Assembly: GCF_009914755.1 (NCBI RefSeq)
Contig: NC_060942.1
Direction: 5' to 3' (one strand)
Length of the DNA: 64,000 bases
Source: the human T2T-CHM13v2.0 reference genome, Homo sapiens
Of this stretch, positions 42,227-58,988 are shown one piece after another. Under the pieces are notes generated by a model that saw nothing but the letters and a program-made list of their open reading frames with translations, made no database searches and had not been told where the DNA came from. Made by a program: the position numbers and the translations under genes. Each line of letters starts with the position of its first letter. The stretch's first letter is position 1.

Positions 42227-44293
42227 ATCAACTCGGAGGTAAAGAATTTATTTGCTCACTAGATATCCAGATCTAGACAGCTGGCTCACTATGAACCTGT
42301 GAATATCTAGCAAGATTAATATTATTACTAGTTGCCTAAGTATTTCACCCTAAGCTTTAGAAAAGTGGGAACAGGAGATGAGATATGAGTAGAAGATCCC
42401 AGGGTAGTTGAGGGTGACAGCAAAAAAGGGCAATGACGTATAAGTCCTCATAATAAAGTTTTCTTGGCTGTAAATTACATCTAAAGACTGTAAAGAACTA
42501 GCAAATTACAAGAAAGAGTGACTTTTATATATTTTGCCAACCTCAAATGTGCTGAAAACAGTTCTCCCTCTCACCCTTTCATCCCCGAAACTGATTCAGG
42601 CTTCAGTTCACCCTTTTACTGAACTGTGAATGAGCCTCTTAGGACATAAACTTGTGAGGTGAACAGAGTTCAGCATATGCTCTCCCAACAGATGTTCCAG
42701 CACCACCGCAAAGAGTTACAATGTGATTCTTATCTTTCTGCATACTCCTACTACATAGCTGTAGTAGGACTTCTAAATTTAAAGTCTTAAGATTTTTTTT
42801 AACCCACCTTTTAATTAACCCTCAAAAGATCCAGCTGAGTTTTAAAAATTTGGACTATGTTGCTAAAAAAAAAAAAAAAAAAAAAAAAAAGTAACAGTGC
42901 GAGTGTAAACATCTTGGAAGCCTAAATCTGAAAAACGTAACAAAACTTTTTTTTTTTAAGTTTAAAGCCTGTCAAGTTGGTAGCTTATTAAATTCCTCCA
43001 GTCACATGAAATTCACAGCAGAACAAGGATTCAAAATGGGTTAGGCACCGAAATGTCATTTAGCAAATCAATGATTCCCAAAAGATAGAGGTTTAGGGGC
43101 GGGGAAGGGAGAGGCTTTTCCTAAACTATCCAGGAAATAATTTTCACAGAGCGTTACAGACTAGGAGCGTCCCCAGCAGCGCTCACCCTCGGCCGGCCGG
43201 GTCCCGCTGCGCACCTCCCGGCCGCGCGTCCCCACCTGCGCACGGTGCCTCCAGCCTGGGCGTGGGCGCGGCCCGGGATCGCGGCGCCGGGGCCGCAAAC
43301 CGGGGCCGCAAACCAGCGCCGCCACCCGCGTCCGGACCCAGTCCCCTGTGAGCGACACCTGGCAAAGTTTCACAAGGTGGGAGACAGCCCACCGCCGGCT
43401 TTCAGGAAGTGCACTGGGCGGTGAGGACTCGAACGAGCTCGTCCCGGGGCTGGCGCACTCACTTCGGAGAAACCCCTGCTCCCGGGACGCGTTCACTCCG
43501 GCCGCGCAGGCAGCCCGGGCACCACTGGCGGAGGCGGGGCGGCAGCTGGCAAGCAGAGGAGAATCAGGAGTCCAAAGCCGGGCCAGGGCCCTCAGGAAAG
43601 GTGAGAGCGGCCGCGTCCCTCCGCTCACGTGGGCCTCGCACGCTCCTCACCGCTCCCGGGCTACCCTCACGCCGCCCCACGGCCCCAGCCCGCGTCCTCC
43701 TCCTGCCGAGCACCAGCCTTTAGGACCGCACGGAAGCCGCCGAGAGGGAGGCGGCCGGCCAGCAGTTGGGCGTGGCTTCCTGGAGAAAGGCGGCCCCCCA
43801 GGGGGCGGGGAGAGCGACGTCACCGTCGATTCGCGGTGCTGATTGGCGGAGGTGAGGTGCGCGGAGCCCGCAAGCTTCTCCGCCCGGCCCGGCTGCTCCA
43901 CCTCCTCACCCAGCCGCTCCGTCCTCACCGGCTCGCGAGGGAACAGCTCAGGCACCGCCGCCCCGGCTCAGCGCGGACGGCGGAGAGAGGGAGGCGGAAG
44001 GAGGACACCCTCGCTCGCTTGCTCCCACCCGCACCCGGGCTCCCAGAACCGGCGAGGAGCCCAGGGGGAGGAGCCGTCGCGGGCACGCCCCGCCCCCAGC
44101 CCGGGAAGACGACGCCAGCGACCCCGCCGGCCGGCCACCGCCCCCCTCGCCGGCCGAGACCCGCCCCCGGCCCCGGCCCTCCCCCGGCGGCATGGAGGGG
44201 CCCCGCTCCTGACGGCCGCGCCGCCGCCTCGGCCCGTGCTCCACCTCGCGGCCCCTCCCGCCCGCCCCCGCTCGCATGTCTGCGCCGCCCTAG

Positions 44294-45625
<1,332 letters not shown>

Positions 45626-47459
45626 TGAGAGCCAGCCGCAGTGAGCCCCAGGCAGCGCCGTCCTTCCCCGCCTGCCTGGCCGGGGCTCCGCCTCCCGTCT
45701 CCGGGCTCTGCCGGGCCCTCGGCGGGGTGTCCTGAAGGTGCGCTCCCGGCGAGCTGCCCTTGTCTTTGGCACAGAGGGACTTTTTTTGCCCAGTGTGTGC
45801 CTGAGTTAAAAGGGGTCGTACGGGTCCTTGTGGCTTCTGCTCTGAGGGCTTGTGTTCCCAGCAGACATCTGACGTAGAGACCTGCGAATGGATCTGAGAT
45901 GAGTAGTAACGCAGGTTGTCCGGGGAGAGAAACCTTTTCTAGCGCGGCCTGGGATGCTTTTTCCCTCCGGCACACGCGCTTTCTCACGGGCTTGATTCCT
46001 GCCTACAGATTGGGGTTCCGGGATATTTGTTGAGCGTTTACGATAGGCGTTAATGTTGCCCAAAAGAATCACTTAAACACCAAAATGTAGTAGACGAGAA
46101 TCCAGATGAGACACTTGTCGCAAACATTAAAGATGAATTTTTTTTACAGCCATGAAAGCAATTTAATGATAATTAGGGTCCAGTGAGTCTTTGAGGAGGA
46201 CTTTTCCATGGGAAGGTGGGGAGTAGGTTTCAGTAAGAGTGAGAACTGTAAAGTGAGATTATTTGTGGGGTCACAGGCTTTTGAAAGGTGTTGATTTGGA
46301 TGCCATGTTTTTCAGCTTAGGTGATCTCTAGGAGATAATGGAAAAGGGGATTTTCTCCTCTCCTTGCTTGAACGTTAATTCAGTATATATATATCTGCTG
46401 TCATTCAGTACCCCAGAACTAAAATTGGGCATGGTATTTCACTAGTGGCTTTGTGGACTCAGTACCCGTGGAATCAATGGATTTGGGGCTGGAAGGAATT
46501 TAGAGATAATCTAGCCTGAACCCCTTTTTTAAAACGACGCTTCTGTGAGGTAACTAATTCATGTTTTGGGACGTATTTTATCAAACTCAGATGTAACGCT
46601 CTAGTGCCCAGCATTATCTCGGTGAGTTTGAAATTTTGTCATCTTCCAGCGCCTGTTTACCACTAGCATGCAGTGCGTGTGCTGATGGTAAAAGCCTCCT
46701 CCACTCTTCAGCCTACTCGTTAATTTCCCAAAAGTCCTATATGCCGCACAGCCATTAAATTTAGAGACAAAAACATGAATTCAGGAACAATGCTTATTTA
46801 AAATGTTATTGTAATAACATACAATATTGTAAAGATAGCCTTAAATTGCAGGTCTAAAGAAAATGTCCCACAGTGGAACCTCATATCATTCCATTCATAC
46901 TATTCCAACAAAGGTACTTGATTTCTGATTTTAACTGCTGAAAGTCTTTTTTTCTTTCCCTTTTCTTTCTTTAAATTTTGTTTTTAATAAGCGTGTTGGA
47001 GGGCAAGTAGAGAAAGGGGAGGGATGCATGCAGACCAGAGTAATGAGATTTTTATGTTGACCGCAATGCGTGACCTTTTCTGCAACCAGTGAGTGCTGGG
47101 AGGGATGGACAAAGTGAGGTTGGGCATCCTGCCATTAACGTCAGCACATCACTGCTTCTCAGGACGTGTCAAGTGAAGTGGGGGAATAAATCATAGGGGC
47201 CGCGTACTACAGGTGACACTGGGCTATTTCTAGATGCGTGGTGTGTGGTGAACTTCTCCAGCAGTTGTTTAGGGTTACCGTAACACATCATTCACATCTC
47301 ATTAAGTTGTTACGACCCCGCATTTTCTGCTGCGTAGAGTGACCTCCGAGTCCCAGCTGTGGCTTGTTCTGGCCTTGACCTTTTATCTGATGATGTTGCT
47401 CCCAGGCTGTCACTCCAGAGGCCGCTGATGTGGGTGGGCTGAGTTAAGCCCTCATTCGC

Positions 47460-47910
47460 TGCAGTCCGGCCCAGCTGTTCTCGGCCTCCCGCCGCCGCCG
47501 CCGCGCACCCGGGGAGGGCGGGCGCACCTCCCCATCGTCAGGGATGAGCCCAAAGCTCGCGCGCCCCTCGCGTGGAGGCGCCGCGACCCGCCTTAGGGGC
47601 TCGGAGGTCACGCAACGCCCGGAGCTAGCGCACGGCGATATAGGGTCCGTGGCGCGGGGCTCCTCCCCGCCCCCGCCCTGCAAGATGGCGGCCGCGCGCG
47701 CCTCCCACGTGACCGGCGCGCCGGCCCCGCCCCCGGCGCCCTTTTGGCCTCTTCCCGCGGAGGCCAGGCTTTGGGCTAGCGCCGGAGACTTCCAGGCGGA
47801 CTCGAGAACCACGTGGATGCTGCGCTGGGCCGTACTGGGCCGTGGCGATAACCCTGGTAAAGGGAAATTCGTGTGGCAGCATTTCCCCCGCCCCCCCCCC
47901 CCCCGAAAGT
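47460..47910. promoter_or_regulatory. Second CpG island in intron 1, promoter-like
   Basis: CpG-rich. YY1 consensus CAAGATGGCGGC 47681-47692, GC boxes just upstream, E-boxes CACGTGAC 47706-47713 and CACGTG 47810-47815. Confidence 0.75.
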
Positions 47911-49187
47911 AACCTTTTAGACACAAGTATGCAATTTTAATTGGGAGTCATTCTTTTTCTTAACTACTAAGTGAAGCTCTTTGGTGTGCCAAACGACGTA
48001 TTTTCAGCCTTACTATTGGTTAACGTAAAGTTAGCATCTTTTTAATTCTCTTTTCTATTAAAGTAAGGGTATACTGGCCCAGAATAGTGCACCTGGCTCT
48101 CACAGGACTTCCTTGTATCCAGTACTGAATCAGCTTGTCTATTAAAAAATTTAAAAACTAATGACATTTACAGACAGAACATGTCTTTAATGCCAATTTT
48201 ATATTACATGCTTTGAAGTTGACTGGGCCCAGCAACTGTTAGTGACATGCCATGGTTACAATGTTAATAGTTGAGGTATAACACGTACACAGGTTGCCGG
48301 TAGAATATATACTTTTTAGGCTACATTGGAAATACAGGAAAGCTCAACAAGGATGTTTTTACTTTTAAGAGTAACATTTCTAGAGTTTTTCTATTATTTG
48401 GATGACTTTATGGTAAATATTACATTGGATTACAACTTAAATGTCAGCAGTTTTTTTAGGAGGCTTGTACATAAATCTCACATTCCTCACACAACTGCGG
48501 TGGACTGCCAGTAACTTGTACAAAATTCAGCAAAGAGGCCAGGGAGCAGTAGTGAAGTCACTCACTACTGTGAGTGTCCTAGGAACTCTGTGTGATTGTT
48601 ACAATCCTGTGTTAGGAAGTTACAGACTGCTTATATAGCATAGCTGAAAACGCTTGGTTTTTAAAATGGGTGTCTTCCTATTATTAGGAAGCCAAACTAT
48701 AAATTGTGTGTTAGCAACAAAAAAATGCCTATGTATTTTAAAAGGTACTAGTTTTGTTGCTGTTTCATTGAAAAGACAGGAAGCAAGACATGCAAGCAAT
48801 GTTTGCATACTTAAAGACATTCGTTAACTGTTCGGGAAAATGGGTATTCTCATTTTGGAGGTTTAGTCCCCAACTAGCGACACAAAGGTATAAGAAGCAT
48901 AAAATATGTAGACGATCATAGTAGTGGTTATTGATTAATATGGTATGACGATTCTCTGGAGATTGTGTCACCAAGATCTTCAAAGCTTAATTGCTTGACT
49001 AACAGTACTAATGTTTGAATGAAAGATAAAAATGTAAACTTTCGATACTAAGGCACAAAATTATCCTATGTCTTTGTGTTATTTGAACTCACAAAACATA
49101 TTTGAGTTCATCATTTGAATTCACAAAAATCAAGTAGCCATGAGTCCTTCACTTACTAAAAGTAGTGAATTAAAAAGAAAACCTTGC

Positions 49188-49521
<334 letters not shown>

Positions 49522-49753
49522 CTAAATTGTACTTGATAGACCAAGTACTTTGATTAACTTCGCAATATAGGAAACATACTGGAAGAAAACTTTTAAAAGA
49601 GTTTTAACATCAACGATGCTACTTCAAGATAACTTGAATGTGGATGTGGCAGCCAGAATCCTAGTGAGAGAGTAACTGACTTAAAATGAGAAGGAAAAGG
49701 TTGATTGTCAGAATTTCAGTTATTATAGCAGGCACTAAAAAAGATGATTTTTT

Positions 49754-50056
49754 GGCCAGGCGCAGTGGCTCACGCCTGTAATTCCAGCACTTTGAAAGCC
49801 AAGGCAGGTGGATCACCTGAGGTCAGGAGTTAGAGACCAGCCTGACCAACGAGGTGAAACCCTATCTCTACTAAAAATATAAAAATTAGCTGGGCGTGGT
49901 GGCAGGCGCCTGTAGTGCCAGCTGCACAGGAGGCTGAGACAAGAGAATTGCTTGAACCAGAGAAGCGGAGGTTGTAGTCAGCCGAGATCACGCCACTGCA
50001 CTCCAGCCTGGGTGACAGAGTGAGACAACGTCTCAAAAAAAAAAAAAAAAAAAAAA
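49754..50056 (+). mobile_element. Alu (AluS-like)
   Basis: Full length, TSD aaaaaagatg(a/c)ttttt. Confidence 0.95.
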
Positions 50057-50694
50057 GATGCTTTTTAAAAATGACCAGTTCTAATGCTCACTGGTAATAT
50101 TAATAAATACCTTTATTTAACTGACCCCTGCTGCTGGGTTATTTGATATTTTAAAGTGAATAGTGTTGTTGGGGCAGTGGGTGCTGACTGAGGCTTCCCT
50201 CCCGCCACTCTGGGAGTGTTAGGGTTCAGTGAAGGAGTCCTTAACTTGTAGCATAGTGTCTGGTTCATGGTCTTCAATAAATATTAGCTGTTGCAGGTGA
50301 AAGCTCAGCCTTGTGTGGATGGTGGTGGTAGAGAAGTGGGCACAGCATCTTACATACTGAGAATGGGGGCCAGAAACAGCTATGTCTTTCATGGGAAATT
50401 TTAGGTTGGTTTGGCTACAGCAAAGAATAAAAGCAGTTCAGTTATAAAAGCCATTTGGAAGAGACTTTTTAGAATATATCAAATAGTGATTATTTTAGTA
50501 GGAAATAACTATTAAAATCCTGAGTTCCTTCCCCAGTTACATTTTTCTATGCAGTCATTTTCCAGGTAAGGAGAACTCAGAAACTAAGTCTCATGTATAC
50601 CATGGTGGGAGGCGGGAGCGGGTGCTGGATGTGGAGAGGAAGTACATTCTTTCTCTCAAGTTGACTAAAATATGTCTGTGTGATTTATTTATAC

Positions 50695-51002
50695 ATACCC
50701 ATGGTTTCTACATCCGGGGATTCAACCAACTATGGATCAAAAATATTAGGGAAAAATATTGCACGTGTACTGAACACGTACAGACTTTTTTCTTGTAATC
50801 CAAAACAATACAGTATAACAGCTATTTACATAGCATCTATGTTGTGTTAGATATAAGTAATCTGGAGCTATTTAGAGTATACAGGAGAGTGTACATAGGT
50901 TATACACAAATACTAGGCCATTTTATATCCAGACTGGAGCACTCTTGGATTTTGGTATTGGGAGTTTCTAGTACCAATTCCTCATGGGTATTGGGGGATA
51001 AT
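50695..51002. mobile_element. MER2 (Tigger-family MITE)
   Basis: ggattcaaccaactatggatcaaaaatatt...aacaatacagtataacagctatttacatagcat. Confidence 0.85.
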
Positions 51003-51124
51003 TTTATATGTACTATACATACATGTTGCCTTAATAATTTTTTTGTGTGGAGAAGGGGTCAGGAAGAGTGTCATAGAGGCTATGAGAAGACCTTGAAGAA
51101 TGATAGCCATGTTTAGTAGATCCC

Positions 51125-51300
51125 TAGGCTTGGAGGGTTACGTTTCAACTCTGCCACTAGCTGTGATAGTTGTCAGCCAGGCCACTTAAATCCCTGAGTC
51201 TTACCTGTAAAATGGGGATAATTTACAGTCTTACCTGTAAAATGGGGATAATAACTTTTGAGGTGATGATTGTATTAATAAGATGTGAAATAATTCACAT
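51125..51300 (+). mobile_element. MIR with a 26-bp perfect internal duplication (51197-51222 / 51227-51252)
   Basis: agtcttacctgtaaaatggggataat occurs twice, period 30. Confidence 0.75.
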
Positions 51301-52538
51301 ACTGTCTTGAGCATGCATTCTTTCTTGAGATTAGTGCTCAGTGCATATTTTCCACTAACACAACCTGCAGTGTTTTCAGGAATATGGTTTGTTTTTTTTT
51401 TAACCTAATAAAAATCCTTATAGTGGAGTATTTTGTATATTCTCTGTTACCATCCCTGTGAATACATTGATGTTCGGGAAGGACAGGCAATTGAAAAGGT
51501 GGTATTTGAGCCACATTTATTTGGAGCAGTTATTTTATTTTTGTTAGTACTTACTTGTGAAGATGCAGTGTTCTACAGATAAACCCAAAGGAAGGAATTC
51601 TGTGAGTCACAGAACATTAAAATAGATATTTTCCTCGTATTGGATTTGGGGATGGGAATGGAGAAAGTGCATGTTTTAGATTTAGATTATTATTAATTAT
51701 CGTGCAGTTGTAATCTACTTAAATCCTGATCCTGTTTTCACATTTAGCTAGAAAACTATTCTATAACTTAAATCTGTTTTGCACTTTTGTTAAGTTACAT
51801 GATTCTTTGTTAGTTCAGAGCACAGACTAGAATCCATGGATAATTAAGAACATTTTTTTACTTTTATAAAAGCTGTTGAATTGGCTTATTTTTAACTCAC
51901 TTAATATTTTTCTCTTGAGAAATGTTAAGCTAATTTTTTTTTTTTTAAAGGGAAGCAAAAAGGCCTGTACTACTGTCAAGGCAGACTGAACTTATTTTAT
52001 TGACTGTGTTTTTCGTTATGGAGGACTGTGTGTGACAGTACTTCTTTTACTTACAAAGAATTCTTTGTCACAAAAGCCTCATTCATCCACTGACATTTTG
52101 GGGTTCCTTTTTCTGTAAACAATCAATCTAAAAAGGAAGTGCCTAATCGGGTGTTTATGTTACAGGTGTAGCCTGGCTGGGCCGGGGGTAGTTGGCTTCC
52201 TTCTGTTTTTCCTATGCTCTCGGGAACATTTGACCTTTAGTTCCTTTCTAAATGCCTCAGTTCATTAGAAATGTTTTGTGCTCATTCAATAAGTCATTTA
52301 TTTGAGGTCAGATTTATATTTTGAAAAGGTCATTTTGGCAAGTTATTTGGTCTTCCCAAAGTCCAGAGTGTCCAGTATAAAATAGGGATATCATTCCTAT
52401 CTGTTTCCTATAATTGTTGTGAGGATGAATGTGTTAATGTAAGTGAAAATGCTTGGTAAACAAGAAGGAGATATATGTATTATTCATAGAGCGATTAGCA
52501 CAATTTGGTTGCAGTGGATGAGTAGAAAAACAGATGTT

Positions 52539-52865
52539 AGGTGAGGTGCGGTGGCTCACGCCTGTAATCTCAACAGTTTGGGAGGCTGAGGCAGAGGGAT
52601 CGCTTGAGCCCAGGAGTTTGAAGCCAACTCTGACAACTTAGTGAGATCCCCATCTCTACAAAAAGTAAAAAAAAAAAAAAAAAAAAAAATGTTAGCTGGG
52701 TGTGGAGGCAAGTACCTGTAGTCCCAACTACTCAGGAGGCTCCAGCTACTCAGAAGGCTGAGGTGGGAGGATCACTTGAGCCTGGGAGGTCAAGGCTGTA
52801 GTGAGCTGTGGTGGTACCACTGCACTCCAGCCTGAGCAACAGAGTGAGACGCTGTTTCAAAAAGG
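52539..52865 (+). mobile_element. Alu (AluJ-like) with expanded middle A tract
   Basis: Dimeric Alu with a short internal duplication around ctactcag. Confidence 0.9.
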
Positions 52866-52987
52866 AGAGAAGAAAGAGGAAAAGAAAGACATTTGAAGAG
52901 ATAGTAGGGTTGGGTTATAATGAGGGCCTTGAAGGTCATGTTAAAATAATAGGTTGTCAGTAGGTTCCAGTGGGAGCCAGTGAAGGG

Positions 52988-53017
52988 GTGTGTGTGTGCG
53001 CGCGCGCGCACGTGCGC
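52988..53017. repeat. (GT)n(GC)n alternating purine-pyrimidine tract
   Basis: 30 nt of unbroken alternation: gtgtgtgtgtgcgcgcgcgcgcacgtgcgc. Confidence 0.9.
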
Positions 53018-53628
53018 CCTTATGGTGTATATCTCATTGAATGTCAACTGTCACTCTAATGTGAATCTATATAAAAAGAATACATGATTGATTTTTTGAA
53101 AATCTTCCAGACTCACTCAGTTCTCTGAATGGTACCATTATGTTTCTAGTCACTCCAAATTACTTGATGACCTTGATCGTCTTCTCCCATCACATCCTGA
53201 ATACACACTTTCCTCATCCTTGCCTGACACCGTTCTCTGTTGGGACTTTACGCCAAGACTTTTATAGTAGCCTTCTGATTCCCCTGCTTTTTAGCCTTCC
53301 CACTTCTAATCGTTTAATACTACTACCAGATACACCTTTCTAAAGCAACATTTAATCATACTATCTTTTCTTTGAGTGACTGATGGACCCTGGCCTCTAA
53401 TAGGCCTTTAGACTCAAAATCTCCTCCTCCACTCTTTTTTCATATATCCCCCCTTTCATTCTAGGCTGGGTTCATGCCATTGTCTCTTGTATGATGTTTT
53501 CTGGAATTGTCCCCGTGGCAGTCTTAAAGGATTATTTGCTGCCACTGAATTTTAGATGCACATATATCGTTGTAATTTTGGTACTTCTGTGATTCTTTGT
53601 CTTTTTAACATTTAAAATTGACCTCTCA

Positions 53629-55203
<1,575 letters not shown>

Positions 55204-56269
55204 TCTGATTATTTGTACTCCCTGTGTTAATTGAGCTTTTGTGTGTGGGTGCATAAATTGGTGCAGACCTAGCAGTGACATTTTGATAGGATGGAAAAGT
55301 CATATATTAACCTATTTTCTTATTGCTTGGATAGTTGATGGTAGGTAGCCTGTAGTGTTTGATCTCCAGTTTATGATCTACTTGAGGGGTGGTGTGAGTC
55401 AGATGTAGAATTGGGGTAGTGCCTTGTGTGATTGGAAAGATAATTAAACTTTGGTCACTGAAGTGAACGCTCTATAACATAAATGTTGGGGAATTTTTAT
55501 GTTTCTTGTTAGAAATGTCTAAATTGGGATGTGTCCCGTAGTACAGTTGATTTTTGTCTTGGGTATCAAATGATTGAAATTCACTGGTGGTCCTAAATGG
55601 GAGACGGCATGGTCACATGTGAACCAAATGCTGTAATGTTTGGGAGTATTTGCTTGAAAAGAGGTCATCCCTCATACAGAGAGGTTGTGGCATTGAGTAT
55701 TGAGTAGTTTTATTAGTTTGGGAAAATTGCCCATTCTATAATAACTAGTGGTGTGAAACACAAGTCCTAATGCAGTGTTGGCAACACTATATAGTAAATC
55801 AGTTACTGCCGTAGATCCTTCTTAGGTTCTATAAGCTTATGTTTCTACAAGGTTCCAAGAATGTTTTTGCACTGGGGGTGAAGCAGTGGCTCTGCTGCAG
55901 GTGCTAGAAGGCATGGAAGCTCCTTCCAGCTTCTGAGCCCAGGCTCACATCCTTCCTGACGACCCCTTGGCCTCCCTCCCTCATCTCTCGTGGGGCGAGA
56001 CTGCGACAGCGAAGGCAGAGTCAGATGTGGGCTGGGGAGGAGATGTGCGCTTCTCTAGATCCTTGTGCACTCATGCATGCATTCTTTTCACCTCACCCCA
56101 GAACACCCTGATGTGGGGACTTAAAGATGTGGGGGCTGCTGGCCCAGGGATATAGCAATTTCTGGATCATCTTCCTAGTTCTAGGGTTAAAAGATGTTTT
56201 CCTTCTGTAGTGAGAGCATGTTGGCAAAGGAAGCACAGATGCCAGTGCTGAAGGAGGAGACCTATGAAT

Positions 56270-56694
56270 CTGCCTATTTAAAGAACAGAATTACCCCCAA
56301 ACTTAGTGGTGTAAAACAATGACCATTTTATTACCATCTCTCACAGTTTTGTGGGTGAGGGATTTAGACAAATAACTATAGTGAAGAGTTTGTCTCTGTT
56401 CTAGGGTGTCTGGGACACAGCTGGGGCCCAGATGGCATCCCTAGACCCCTCTCCTCTCTCCACGTGGTCCATCAAGTGCGGCTGCCAGGAGAAGTGCATG
56501 TCTCATGTGGTGTCTCAGGACTCCAAGCCCAAGTGTCCAGGAGGCCCAGGGCTGAGGCTTCCCAGGACCTAACTTTAGAAGAGCATCACCACCAGCACAT
56601 TCTAAAGCCAGCCTAGATCCACTGGGTGGGGAATTGGTTCCACTTTTCAGCGGGAGGAATATTAAATAATTTTTAGCTACCTTTAATCCGCCAC
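56270..56694. mobile_element. MaLR LTR (old MLT1 family)
   Basis: ttacccccaaacttagtggtgtaaaacaa...ctcacagttttgtgggtgagg motif. Confidence 0.75.
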
Positions 56695-57849
56695 GGAAGC
56701 TTAATAGAATGTTGTTATATATTGCTGTTAATTTTCTAAGTCTCATTTGACAATTGGGAAAACTTCAGAAGAAGTTAGTGACTTTGGTTTTAAAAAATAA
56801 AAAACTCTTACTGCTGTGTTATTATATTTGGAATATCTTGGATTTTTAAATTTATAGTCTATATCGAGGGACTACAAGAACCATGTAGAATATTGTTAGA
56901 CGAACTAAAACTCCATCTATGACCTTTGTTCTAATGGTATGTTTTCAGAGAAGAGTTTTTTAGGATGTCCAGCTACTTGGCTGTTTCACAAGGTCCCCAC
57001 AGTTAAGAAATCTCAAGTATGTAATTGTGATGGGTCTACGTGTGATCTGTGGCAAAACCATCTAGACCACCTGAACCACATGCCGTGTAGGTTTGTGCTA
57101 ACCAGTAGCTCTTGAGGCAAGCGATAGGACAGAAGAAGCTCTGCCTCAGGCGAGTTAAGAAAGGAGAATGCACTCCTACTAAAGTTCTTTGTATGCTTGT
57201 GCGTATTTTTGCAGGTTTAGAATCTTTAAACCCTGCTTTCTTGATACAAACAGAGAAAAATCCACTTTTCTCGTGGTCCTGACACTTTTCTCCAACTAGT
57301 CTTTGTAAAATACTGATTCTGGCATTTCATCTGTTCTGCATTTTCATGGGAATCTGAACTTAACAGATAAAGTGGGTGCCATTCCTCTTTATATGATTCC
57401 ATTAAAGAAGGAGTTCTCAGATTTTATGCTACCCATCCCCCTAAGGAAAGTAAAGAGGGAGTGCAGGGCAGACAGCATCGCCGAGCAGCCACCCACCATT
57501 GGGGCTGCCGATTCTCATCTCCAGCTCATGCAGCGTTACATGAGTGAGTTTAGTAATAGCTTCTAAACATAGTCTACGTGATTTTATAGCATTGATACAT
57601 GCTGAGACTTGGAGGAGAAAATAAACATTTAATTAGTAGATATATCATGGGTTGATGAACTTAGGACTTTGGATAGAAACTCAAACTTCATTTTTCTCCC
57701 TAGGTTATTAAACAGGAGGTTACTTGGTTAAATTGGGTTCATAAAGTTAACTTCAGACTTCAAAAATGTGATTTTGATTGTGAAGCAAACTACTTTCATA
57801 CAGTTGCTTCAATTTAATGTTTGTGGAGGCAGTGTGATCATTTCCATTT

Positions 57850-58880
57850 TTAGTTTTTATTGTGATATAAAATATATAGCATAAAATTCTCATTTTCTCC
57901 TTTTTAGTGTACGGTTCAGTAGCATTAAGTACGTTCCCGTTGTCATGAGTCATCACCTCTGTCTCCAAACATTCTATCATCCCAAACAGAAATGCTATAC
58001 CCATTTAAAAAATAACACCCTATTCCCTCCAGTACCTGGTAACTACTATTCTACTTTTTTTGTTTGCTTTAGAGACAGGGTCTTGCCCTGTTGCCCAGGC
58101 TGAAGTGCAGTGGCGCAGTCATGGGTCACTGCAGCCTTGAACTCCTGGGCCCAAGCAGTCCTCCCATCTAACGAGGACTACAGGCACATACCACCACTTC
58201 TGGCTAACAAAAAAAAAAAATTCTTTTGTAGCGATAGGATCGTGCAGTGTCGCCCAGTCTGTCTTGAAATACTTGCCTTATGTGATCCTCCCACCTTGGC
58301 CTCCCAAAGTGCTGGGATTGCAGGCGTGAGCTACCACACCTAGCCACTATTCTACTTTCTTTATCAACTTGACTATTCTAGGTATCTCATATAAGTGGAA
58401 TCATGCTGTATTTGTTCTTTTGTGTCTGGCTTATTTCACCTAGCATACTCTCTTTGGGATTCATCTAAATCCTATTATGTATCAGAATTGCATTCCTTTT
58501 TAAGGCTGAATCATAGGTAATTGGATGTGTACACCATATTTTGTTTATCTGTTCATCCATTGATGGGTTTTGAGTTTACACCTTGTGGCTATTGTGAATA
58601 ACTGCTATGAACACTGATGTACAGATTATGTTTGCATTTCTGCTTTCAGTTCTTTTGGGTGTATCTTAGAAGTGGAATTGCTGGGTCATAAAATAATTCT
58701 GTGTTTAATATTTTGAGGAACTGCCTGACTGTCTTCAACAGTAGCTATACTATTTTTGTTTCCACCATCAATGTGTAAGGGTTCCATTTTCTTCATGTCC
58801 TTGCCAACACTGTCTTTTTTAATAATAGTCATCCTAATGGGTATAAAGTGGTATCTTCTTATGCATCTCACTAATGAAAA
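57850..58880 (-). mobile_element. L1MB-like 3' end with nested antisense Alu (~58054-58343)
   Basis: tctcatataagtggaatcat...tgtctggcttatttcac and ttttgaggaactgcc antisense L1 3' UTR; ccactattctacttt-like TSD around the Alu. Confidence 0.88.
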
Positions 58881-58988
58881 CATTTTTTTCATATTTTGCA
58901 TTAGTTTACATTTGAAAGTATTGCTTTAAATTTGTGAACTATATATGAGCAATGTAGAGAAATATTTCGCTTTAAGCAATGGTTGACT

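Noticed and set aside
42746-42769. Perfect 10-bp stem tcctactaca / tgtagtagga
   Set aside because: A stem of this length is plausible by chance in 64 kb, with no supporting context.
42864-42890. Isolated A tract upstream of the promoter
   Set aside because: No clear retroposed body or TSD; treated as a simple mononucleotide run.
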